Shown here: piece after piece, positions 37,001 through 46,228 of the stretch
Numbering within the stretch: the stretch's first letter is position 1
How the letters are laid out: each line of letters opens with the position of its first letter
Source of the DNA: Myxococcota bacterium
Lineage (GTDB): Bacteria > Myxococcota_A > UBA9160 > JAFDDA01
Direction of reading: 5' to 3'
Assembly: GCA_965228475.1 (NCBI GenBank)
Contig: OZ245817.1
Coordinates: 1 to 64,000, forward strand
DNA: 64,000 nucleotides
Translations under genes and position numbers: made by a program
The notes under the pieces: model-generated
Told to the model about the DNA's origin: nothing
The model's database searches: none
The model's input: only the letters and a program-made list of their open reading frames with translations

Positions 37001-37965
37001 ACAGACGGATCTTCACGACCGCTGACTCGCCGGATGGTTCTTGGGGCTCGTCGATCGATCGTCGACCTCTGGTAGCGCCTGAGGGATACCAAGCTGACGA
37101 TCGACTAAGGGATGCGGTCAGCGTATCCCTTCATCTCGGCCAGCCGCTTCTATTGACCGGAGAACCGGGAACCGGGAAGACGCAGCTGGCCTTCTCACTC
37201 GCTTGGGAGCTTGGCCTTGGGACTCCGCTGGGGTTTGATACGAAATCAACCAGCACGTCACGAGATCTATTCTACTCCTACGATTCTTTGGGTCGCTTTC
37301 ACGCTGCTCAGGCCGGGGGTGGAACCGCGAATCCGATCGACTATCTCCACTTCAACGCCCTCGGTCTCGCTGTCCTTCGCGCGACGCCACCCGAGAGCTA
37401 CTCCGATCTCAAGGATGCCCTGGGCGAGACTGCGCATCGGAAGCGGTCGGTGGTTTTGATCGACGAGATCGATAAGGCGCCCCGTGATTTCTCGAATGAT
37501 CTCCTCGCCGAACTCGAGGAGATGTATTTTAGGATTCCCGAACTGGCGAATCTCGTGGTCGCGGCAGACCCGGAGTATCGCCCCATCGTTGTCGTCACTA
37601 GCAACTCCGAGCGAAATCTTCCGGACGCGTTCCTGCGTCGCTGCGCCTACCACCACATCGAGTTCCCGGATCGAGATCGCATGCAGAGAATCGTCGCAGC
37701 TCGCCTCGGTGAACGAGTCGCTAAGGACCGGGAGTCGCTGGATCTAGCTCTTGATTTCTTTGAGGCCCTACGTGACCCAGCAACGACGCTCGCAAAGAAG
37801 CCCTCGACCGGCGAGTTCCTAGTTTGGTTGCGAATTCTGTCGGACCGAGGCGTTGGGCGAAACCCGCGGGAATGGGGGGCGACCCTGAGCGCCCTCGTGA
37901 AGACATCCGATGATTCGAGGCGGGCTCTGGGCCTTCTAGCCCGTTTCCGCACCCTGTCCGAGTAG
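36997..37965 (+). CDS. moxR: MoxR-family AAA+ ATPase
   Basis: PLLLTGEPGTGKT, VVLIDEIDKAPRDFSNDLL, TSNSERNLPDAFLRRC; ATGA overlap with the iSTAND gene. Confidence 0.92.
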   Translation: MNRRIFTTADSPDGSWGSSIDRRPLVAPEGYQADDRLRDAVSVSLHLGQPLLLTGEPGTGKTQLAFSLAWELGLGTPLGFDTKSTSTSRDLFYSYDSLGRFHAAQAGGGTANPIDYLHFNALGLAVLRATPPESYSDLKDALGETAHRKRSVVLIDEIDKAPRDFSNDLLAELEEMYFRIPELANLVVAADPEYRPIVVVTSNSERNLPDAFLRRCAYHHIEFPDRDRMQRIVAARLGERVAKDRESLDLALDFFEALRDPATTLAKKPSTGEFLVWLRILSDRGVGRNPREWGATLSALVKTSDDSRRALGLLARFRTLSE

Positions 37966-37970
37966 ATTCC

Positions 37971-40900
37971 TTGCTCCCGTCCGAAGAGTCACTCTTCGAC
38001 CTGCTCGACGAGCTGCGCTCCGCGGGACTTGGGATCGGGACAGAACACTACATTCAGGCGCAAGAGCTGCGTGTCTCCTTCGAGCAAGGCGCGCGATCGC
38101 AGAGCGACTTGTTGTCGTGGCTTGCACCTTTGTTGTGCTCGAGCCCTTCCGATCTGGAGACATTCTCAGAGGTTGCGGAATCCTGGAGCTCTCGAAGCGT
38201 CAATCGTGGCCGTCGCGAGTTTCCGTGGAGCCTCGGCCTCGGAAAGCTCCGTCGAGGGTTCTACGGCTGGCTAGGTCGCTGCCTCGGGAGATCGATTGGG
38301 CGTTGGTCGGGTGGCGCCCGCCTACTTACCGAGCTCAGGAAGCCAGACCGTCTTGGGGCCGTCACCGTAGGGTTGGTCGTTGGGGGCCTGGGCGTTCTCT
38401 TCGTCAGGAACGAGATCCTCGATCTCCGCTACGAGCTAGGCGAGATCTCCCAACAGGTCCTGGCGTTGGACGCCGAGGTTCGAAGTGTTCGAGGGCTGAC
38501 GGGCGGGGACGTCGTGCTTGATTCACCAGACCCGAGTTCCGTTTCCGTGACCGGCGTGATTGTCGACGAGGATGGACAGCCACTAGAAGGCGCGCAGGTC
38601 GAGATCCTAGGCGCACTCGGGGAGACTCGGTCTCTCGAACTCCATCTCGGCCCGCCCTTGGGGGTCGGTTTTCAGGGAAGCAACATCGTTGCGGTGGGCT
38701 CCGAAGAGGGGCGCCCGAAGGTGGTTCGCTGGAACCCAGAGCGTGCAGAGCCAGAGACTTGGTACCTGGAAGCTGATGCACCGAGGCATGCGGAGCTCTT
38801 TCCCGACGCCAGCTCGGTCATTCTGTCGTCTGAGCAGGGAGAGATTTCTCTCTTCGACATCGGGTCCAGCCAAAGCCGTTGGCGAAAGGTGATCCGGGGA
38901 CAAGTGCTTCGAGTGGCATCGTCTCCCCTCTCGACCGGCAGAGCATTCCTTGTTGTGTCCTGGAATCGAGGAATTCTCAGTGCCGAATGGTTCACGATCA
39001 ACGGCAACGGAGAGTCAGCGTCCCTCGTACGGACCATCGAGTCGGATCTCCCAAAGCTGATCGAGACCGAAGTATCCGAGGTCGACTTCCGAGTTCTCGC
39101 TTTGGTCGAGAGTTCCTCAGAGGTCATTGCCTTGGGAATGAGCCGGGCGGGTTCAGAACGGTGGTCACTGCCGGTGGTGGGGGCAGTGGACCTGGGAATG
39201 TCGGGTCAACGCTGGGTGGTCGCTCGAGAGGACTCGATCGAGCTCTACTCGCGAGGGTCGTTGGTCTTGGAGCTCGACGAGGTTGCCGGCGTCAGTGACG
39301 TCGACCTGCGCGAGGACGCTCTGGTCATCGAGACGTCCGAAAGGAGCCTAGCAGTCGTTGATCCGGAGTCTGGAACTCTGAACGTGGATTCTCGAGGGCC
39401 CCCGGACGGCCCGGTCGCGTGGCTCATAACCCAAACGACGATGCATGGTGAAGACCCAGTCTTGCGACGATGGGTTCACGGTCGTCCGACAGAAGCGACG
39501 CTTTCGATCAACAGTCAGAGCGGCGGCCCGAGCCCCGGGAGAGACGGTCACGGCGCGCAGTATCAAGTCGCCCCTGTGACCGCGCTGACTTCCGCGGTCC
39601 GACCCGATGGGCTCGGGGTTGCGACTCTCGGCCTTGGCGGGGTCCTTAGATTTCATGGAGTGCCCCTCGTGAGGACGACGAATCCTCTCGGGCGTTTCCG
39701 TGCCAAGTATCGTTCTCTTGGCGCCTTGACGTTGGTGCGAGCCGAGGCTGCGCCGTACGAATCGCGGACACTTCTGCTACCCGTCGAATCGTCGAGGGCA
39801 GACGTTCAGATTTCCCTCGACGTCGCACAGGTCTCCTCCGGGAAGCCGCTGGTAGAGTCGGTCTTCCTCGGTGTAGCTGTTGCGGTTGCAACGACGCTGG
39901 GCGTCTTCCTGTTGGCTCTGGGACGCCCGCGGGCCGTTGCTGAGCGGGCAGACTCTACGGCGCAGGACGATGCTCCTTCGCTCGCCCTGGCTCAGGGCGG
40001 AGAAAGGGAGCTGATCGATCCGCATGTGATCGACCGAATCAGCCAAGTAGGGGGCGTAGGCGGATCGTCGTTGCAGGCTCGCCTGGACGTTGAAGCGACG
40101 GTCAGGGCAACGGCTGAAGCAGCGGGCCACTTCAAGCCCATCCACGAGGAGATCAGTAGCGATGAGAGGTACCTCGCGCTCATAGATGCGCGCGGGGCGG
40201 GAGACCATCAAGCGCTACTGGTCCTCCATCTGCTCGAGACGCTCGCGAGCCGAGGCTTCCAGGCCACGTGTTTCACATTCCACTCCGATCCGAGGGTCTG
40301 TCGATCGGTTGATTCAGAATCGGATCTTTGGTCGTTGAGTCGCCTTGCCGCGAAGTACTCTGAGCATTCGCTGCTGATCTTTTGCAATCCGGAACAGTGC
40401 TGCGATCTCACGGCTGGAGGCTTGCAGCCCTGGGTTAAGGGGCTGGAGAGTTTCCGCTCCCGCGCAATCCTCGATCCACAGCCGGGAATGCTCTCTGGGG
40501 AGCTGGTGGACTCCCTCACCTCCGCGAACATCTCGGTCGTTCCCTCAACGCCGGAGGGCGTCGAGAGGTTGCTAGCAGGGGCTCGGCATCCGGAACGGGA
40601 GCCTCGCGAACCTCACTCCCCCATCCTTCTGGAACGGCCCCTTCGATGGCTCGACGAAGCCCCTCCACCCGAAGCCGATCAGGACCGTCTCTGTGTGGAG
40701 CTCATTGCGAGCCTTGGCTTCGATGACTTCAATCTGCTTGCAGCATGCGCCGTTTACCCGATCCTCGACTGGCCCCTCACGATCCTGCTTCTGAGGGCAC
40801 TCGACGCCTCGAAGCCCCTGGAGGCGCGTTTTGGGCAGCTACTCAGGTTCTCCCGGCTCCCTTGGTTTCGTGTGGGTTGGATGCCGGACTGGTTGCGCAG

Positions 40901-42812
40901 TCGGCTCCTCCGGGAGCTCCCCGTAGAAACGGAGCGGTCGATCCGTTCGGCCCTGCGGCTTCACATTGGAGCTGCAGGCGACGACGCCCTGAGAGCGACG
41001 GTTCGGCCACGAGGATTGCGTTGGCGGGCAGCAGGGTCTGGGGTGAGCCGGGAGATCGGAGAGGACCGGGTCTTTGTCGGTTTCATGATGGGGAGCCGCG
41101 GTCGTGGCCTCGACGTCGAGCTGAGGAGCGCTCCAGTGTTGCGCTTGATGCTAGGAGCGGGCGTCCAGAGGCTATTCGGGATCTGGCGGGTCCTCCGCGG
41201 GAGAGCGGTGCGGCTGATCGACGTCAGGGTAGGTCGCCTGCGCGACAAGGCGCTGGCTCCGGGCATCTCGTTGATGAGCAGCGCAACGGATCGACGAACG
41301 TTGTCCCGGGTGTATGCCCTGGGCCTGCTAGGCGTTGCGATAGCCGCCGTTCTGGGGGGGCGAGCGATCTATCTGGCTCAGCCTCGCCAAGGTCGCGACA
41401 ACGTTCGGGCCTCGACGATAGTTGTACCGCCGGTAAGGGGAGAGATTCTGGATCGCGATGGTCGTCGTCTCGCGGTTTCCGTAGAGGCGCCCTCTGTCTA
41501 CATAGACAGCGGCTTCGAAGAATCATCGATTCTATCGCTTTCTCGGGCGCTCGAGCTGGACGAGGGCTTCGTGCGCGGTCGGTTCGAGTCGATGAAGAAC
41601 TTCAGTTTCATCCAGCGGTGGGCGTCCGAGGAGGCGGCTGAGCGGGTGCAGAGTCTCGGTATCCCTGGTGTTGGGGTTCTGCGGGAGCCGAGGAGAATGT
41701 ACCCGGAAGGGACTCTGGCTGGTTCACTGGTCGGTTTCGCGAACATCGATGGCGATGGAGTTCGTGGTATCGAACAGGCAGAGGACAATTGGCTCAGGGG
41801 CAGAGAAAGACGAGTCCTGTTTGAACGCGACGCTCGAGGCAAAGTCATGGCCGACGAGATGCTCGACCCCCGCCAGTGGGCCGGCGGAGACGTGCAGCTG
41901 ACACTTGACCTCGCGACACAACGCCGCGTGGTCGGCGAGTTGTCCAAGCTTCTCACCTCTACTCGATCCGGCGGGGCGGTCGGTGTGGTCTTGGGCAGTC
42001 GGAGCGAGGTTACGGCACTCGCGCAGGCTCCCTCGTTCGATCCGAACCGCTTCCGATCGACCTCCTTTGCGGATACTCGGGCGAAGCCGTTCCTCGACTC
42101 TCACCAACCGGGGATGTCGCTTCTCCCGGTATTCCTGGCGATTGGACTGGAGAAGGGCGTGCTAGGCATCGATGCCTTGGAATCGTTCGACCCGGAGGAT
42201 CCGAGAACCCGCAGCACTGCGAGAGTATTGGCGAGAAGGCTCGGTCCGCGCGGGACTTCCGAAGGCCTTCGTGAGGCCGGGTTCGGGCGGGTGTCAGGAA
42301 GCGGCTTCCCTGGTGAGTCCGCGGGAATTCTGCGGCCCTGGGAACAGTGGCGTCCGATCGACCTCGACGCGATCTCGGCTGGATTCGGGATCAACGTGAC
42401 TCCGATCCAGCTCGCATCCGCGCTCTCGGCCCTTGTGGGCGGCGGAGTCCAGAGGTCGCCCGAACTCGTGCTCACACGCCGAAGGCCTGGAGGGCAATGG
42501 CAGGCCCTTCCTCAATCAGATTCTCGACGCGTCGTCTCTGAGGGTACGTCTCAAGCGATCACCCGCTGGTTCGAGTCGCGCTCCATTGAGCTGATCGGAG
42601 GACGATATTCGAGCTTCGAGGTCCGGGCCGAAGCGTTGAGTTCCAGTACGGGCGAGTTCGACGATCAGATCTTCTGGAGCCTCGGCGTGGTATTTGGGCC
42701 GAGTCCTACCGTGATCGTTCTCCAAGTAACGGACCCAGGTACCGGCGTAGAAGACGCTCTCGGAGCGGCCTTCCGGGGAGTCGCCTCTAGGATCCTCGAG
42801 TCTTCTCCATGA
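37971..42812 (+). CDS. MoxR-associated vWA-type protein fused to an FtsL-like helix, carboxypeptidase-regulatory/beta-propeller region and an inactive FtsI-like PBP domain
   Basis: LRSAGLGIG..LAPLLCSS N-domain; LDVEATVRAT..YLALID..DHQA..AACAVYP..RLPWFRVGWMPDWLR (vWA component); RGEILDRDGRRLAVS, RRMYPEG, GIEQ, TLD, VTPIQLA (class B PBP). Confidence 0.8.
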   Translation: MLPSEESLFDLLDELRSAGLGIGTEHYIQAQELRVSFEQGARSQSDLLSWLAPLLCSSPSDLETFSEVAESWSSRSVNRGRREFPWSLGLGKLRRGFYGWLGRCLGRSIGRWSGGARLLTELRKPDRLGAVTVGLVVGGLGVLFVRNEILDLRYELGEISQQVLALDAEVRSVRGLTGGDVVLDSPDPSSVSVTGVIVDEDGQPLEGAQVEILGALGETRSLELHLGPPLGVGFQGSNIVAVGSEEGRPKVVRWNPERAEPETWYLEADAPRHAELFPDASSVILSSEQGEISLFDIGSSQSRWRKVIRGQVLRVASSPLSTGRAFLVVSWNRGILSAEWFTINGNGESASLVRTIESDLPKLIETEVSEVDFRVLALVESSSEVIALGMSRAGSERWSLPVVGAVDLGMSGQRWVVAREDSIELYSRGSLVLELDEVAGVSDVDLREDALVIETSERSLAVVDPESGTLNVDSRGPPDGPVAWLITQTTMHGEDPVLRRWVHGRPTEATLSINSQSGGPSPGRDGHGAQYQVAPVTALTSAVRPDGLGVATLGLGGVLRFHGVPLVRTTNPLGRFRAKYRSLGALTLVRAEAAPYESRTLLLPVESSRADVQISLDVAQVSSGKPLVESVFLGVAVAVATTLGVFLLALGRPRAVAERADSTAQDDAPSLALAQGGERELIDPHVIDRISQVGGVGGSSLQARLDVEATVRATAEAAGHFKPIHEEISSDERYLALIDARGAGDHQALLVLHLLETLASRGFQATCFTFHSDPRVCRSVDSESDLWSLSRLAAKYSEHSLLIFCNPEQCCDLTAGGLQPWVKGLESFRSRAILDPQPGMLSGELVDSLTSANISVVPSTPEGVERLLAGARHPEREPREPHSPILLERPLRWLDEAPPPEADQDRLCVELIASLGFDDFNLLAACAVYPILDWPLTILLLRALDASKPLEARFGQLLRFSRLPWFRVGWMPDWLRSRLLRELPVETERSIRSALRLHIGAAGDDALRATVRPRGLRWRAAGSGVSREIGEDRVFVGFMMGSRGRGLDVELRSAPVLRLMLGAGVQRLFGIWRVLRGRAVRLIDVRVGRLRDKALAPGISLMSSATDRRTLSRVYALGLLGVAIAAVLGGRAIYLAQPRQGRDNVRASTIVVPPVRGEILDRDGRRLAVSVEAPSVYIDSGFEESSILSLSRALELDEGFVRGRFESMKNFSFIQRWASEEAAERVQSLGIPGVGVLREPRRMYPEGTLAGSLVGFANIDGDGVRGIEQAEDNWLRGRERRVLFERDARGKVMADEMLDPRQWAGGDVQLTLDLATQRRVVGELSKLLTSTRSGGAVGVVLGSRSEVTALAQAPSFDPNRFRSTSFADTRAKPFLDSHQPGMSLLPVFLAIGLEKGVLGIDALESFDPEDPRTRSTARVLARRLGPRGTSEGLREAGFGRVSGSGFPGESAGILRPWEQWRPIDLDAISAGFGINVTPIQLASALSALVGGGVQRSPELVLTRRRPGGQWQALPQSDSRRVVSEGTSQAITRWFESRSIELIGGRYSSFEVRAEALSSSTGEFDDQIFWSLGVVFGPSPTVIVLQVTDPGTGVEDALGAAFRGVASRILESSP

Positions 42813-43885
42813 GGAACTCCGCACCCATCGCTCCGTGCCTATTGCTGTCTGGTCTCGGCATCTTGATGGCATATAGCCTCGGCGCTCCACACGGCGTTGA
42901 AAGAGAGCGGTTGCTCGCGCAGCTAGCGGGAGTCGTGGCGGGTGCCATCGCGGGTTTCTTGGTGTACAGGGTGCCGATACGTCTCCTGCACGACGCCAGC
43001 CCGCTCCTGCTCGTAGTGAGCATCTCTCTTACCATCGCAGGGCTGTTGTTTGGCCGTGAGGTGAACGGTGCCAACCTCTATCTCCATCTGTACGTGTCAG
43101 ACCTCGGATTCGGAATCCGGCACGGGTACCTCAGTGTCCTCCTTGCAATGGTATGGATTGCTAGGAGCGTTCGTGACGCTCGCACAGGCCCCGGGATTCC
43201 GTGGCCCCTCTTGCTCGTCCTCTTCCCGGGAGGAGCAATGCTCGCTGCTGGGGACCGAGTGTCGTTTGTACTCCTCACTACGATCGTGGTTCTCGCCCTG
43301 TTCGTGACCGGAGTTCGGATTCGTTGGCTCGTAGGGGCAATGACGATCTCGCTCTCGGTGATGGCTCTCTGGTTGGCGAACAACCCCTATCTTTGGACCC
43401 GCTTTGCTGGGTTTCTTGCACCGTGGGATCGTCGAGAGTACGAGGCCTACTCCCTGGTGCAATCGTTCGTTGCATTCGAGCGTGGAGGCCTCTTGGGGGT
43501 TGGCTTGGGAGACAGTCGCCAGAAACTGTTCTATCTCCCCGAAGCCCACTCTGATTTCGTGCTGGCTGTCTTGGCCGAGGAGCTAGGTGCGGTGGCCGTC
43601 TTGGTGGTGATCCTCTGTTTCGTGTGGATCGGGAGGTATGGATGGCAGGCAGCGATCCGATCGCACACGCTTTTTTCGAGGGCTCTTGCCACAATCACCA
43701 CCGCTTTCCTCGTGGTCCCTGTCACGTTGCACGCCGCGTCCGTTATGGGATTGATCCCGACGTCGACTTTTCCTTTGCCACTGGTCTCCTACGGCCGCAA
43801 CCATCTGCTTGTCTTTGGCGCCGCCATGGGAGTCCTTTGCCGCATCGACAGAGAATCGGCCCGAATGGACGGAATGGACGAGTAG
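42809..43885 (+). CDS. ftsW: Divergent FtsW-like SEDS membrane protein
   Basis: QSFVAFERGGLLGVGLGDSRQKLFYLPEAHSDFVLAVLAEELG, LPLVSYG; about 10 TMs; ATGA overlap. Confidence 0.82.
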   Translation: MRNSAPIAPCLLLSGLGILMAYSLGAPHGVERERLLAQLAGVVAGAIAGFLVYRVPIRLLHDASPLLLVVSISLTIAGLLFGREVNGANLYLHLYVSDLGFGIRHGYLSVLLAMVWIARSVRDARTGPGIPWPLLLVLFPGGAMLAAGDRVSFVLLTTIVVLALFVTGVRIRWLVGAMTISLSVMALWLANNPYLWTRFAGFLAPWDRREYEAYSLVQSFVAFERGGLLGVGLGDSRQKLFYLPEAHSDFVLAVLAEELGAVAVLVVILCFVWIGRYGWQAAIRSHTLFSRALATITTAFLVVPVTLHAASVMGLIPTSTFPLPLVSYGRNHLLVFGAAMGVLCRIDRESARMDGMDE

Positions 43886-44091
43886 GGTCCTATGTGCCCT
43901 GCGCAATAAGCCGTCTTCGTGTCGCAGCGGCTTGCCTACTGGGCGGCTCGATGCGTTGACGGGCATTTTGCTCGCGGCTAGCTTCCCCGAGATCCCTAGA
44001 TCTATCGCGGAGTTCCGCCACAGTCCGCACACCAGTCCGCACGCGTCTTGGCGCGCCTTCGCCGCCCGCCAGAAGCTGGAGGGGCTCCTCG

Positions 44092-44445
44092 ATGCTGGCC
44101 GAGTTCACCGGCGTGCTGCTGATGCTTGGGGTCGCCCTGGCCGTGGCCGGCGGCATGCTGCTCGTGCAGCAGCTCCTCTCGCCCCGCCGCGAATTCCCCG
44201 AGAAGCAGGAACCCTTCGAGTGCGGCGAGAGCCCCGTCGTCTCCCCCCGCCAGCGCTTCAGCGTGAAGTTCTATCTCGTCGCGATGCTCTTCCTCGTGTT
44301 CGATCTCGAGGCGGTGTTCTTCTACCCCTGGGCCGCGCTCTTCACGGACCTCGGCTGGTACGGCTACGGGATCATGACGGTCTTCGCCGTGCCGCTGGTC
44401 GTGGGCCTCGCCTACGAGTGGATGAAGGGCGCGCTCGAGTGGTGA
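44092..44445 (+). CDS. nuoA: NADH-quinone oxidoreductase subunit A
   Basis: PFECG, KFYLVAMLFLVFDLE, YEWMKGALEW. Confidence 0.95.
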   Translation: MLAEFTGVLLMLGVALAVAGGMLLVQQLLSPRREFPEKQEPFECGESPVVSPRQRFSVKFYLVAMLFLVFDLEAVFFYPWAALFTDLGWYGYGIMTVFAVPLVVGLAYEWMKGALEW

Positions 44446-44906
44446 TCTCCGAGGCCACCCGCTCGGCCATCGACGCACAGGTCGCGCGCTACCCGAGGCC
44501 GCGCGGCGCGCTGCTGCCGGCCCTGCACCTCGTCCAGAAGGAGCACGGCCACGTCTCGCCCGACGCGGCGCGCGAGCTCGCGGAGATCTTCGCGCTCGAG
44601 CCCATCGAAGTGTTCGAGGTGATCTCCTTCTACAACATGTTCCGCAGCCGGCCCGAGGGCCGCCACCACGTCTACGTCTGCACGAATCTGCCCTGCTCCC
44701 TGCGCGGCGCGCGGGGCCTGCTCGGCCAGCTCGAGGCACACCTCGGCATCCGGGCCGGGGAGACCACGGAGGACGGACGCATCACCCTCGGCCACGAGGA
44801 ATGCCTCGGCGCCTGCGGCTACGCCTCGATGCTGCGCGTCGACGAGACCTATCACGAAGACCTCGACCCGGCCCGCGCCAAGGAGATCCTCGACGCCCTC
44901 GAATAG
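44442..44906 (+). CDS. nuoE: NADH-quinone oxidoreductase subunit E
   Basis: SFYNMF, VCTNLPC, ECLGAC 2Fe-2S ligands. Confidence 0.93.
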   Translation: MISEATRSAIDAQVARYPRPRGALLPALHLVQKEHGHVSPDAARELAEIFALEPIEVFEVISFYNMFRSRPEGRHHVYVCTNLPCSLRGARGLLGQLEAHLGIRAGETTEDGRITLGHEECLGACGYASMLRVDETYHEDLDPARAKEILDALE

Positions 44907-44921
44907 GGCGCCCACGCTCGC

Positions 44922-46220
<1,299 letters not shown>

Positions 46221-46228
46221 GCGGGGCG

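Larger units (their letters stand above)
35380..44050. mobile_element. Lower-GC accessory island (no integrase seen)
   Basis: Abrupt change in codon usage (many A/T-ending codons). Spot count: 37/60 GC in the line starting at 37141 vs 45/60 at 33481. Boundaries approximate. Confidence 0.7.

Noticed and set aside
37971..43885. A normal dcw cell-division cluster (ftsL-ftsI-ftsW)
   Set aside because: No mraZ/mraW/mur/ftsQAZ genes, the domains are fused to a vWA protein, catalytic motifs are lost and the composition is atypical.
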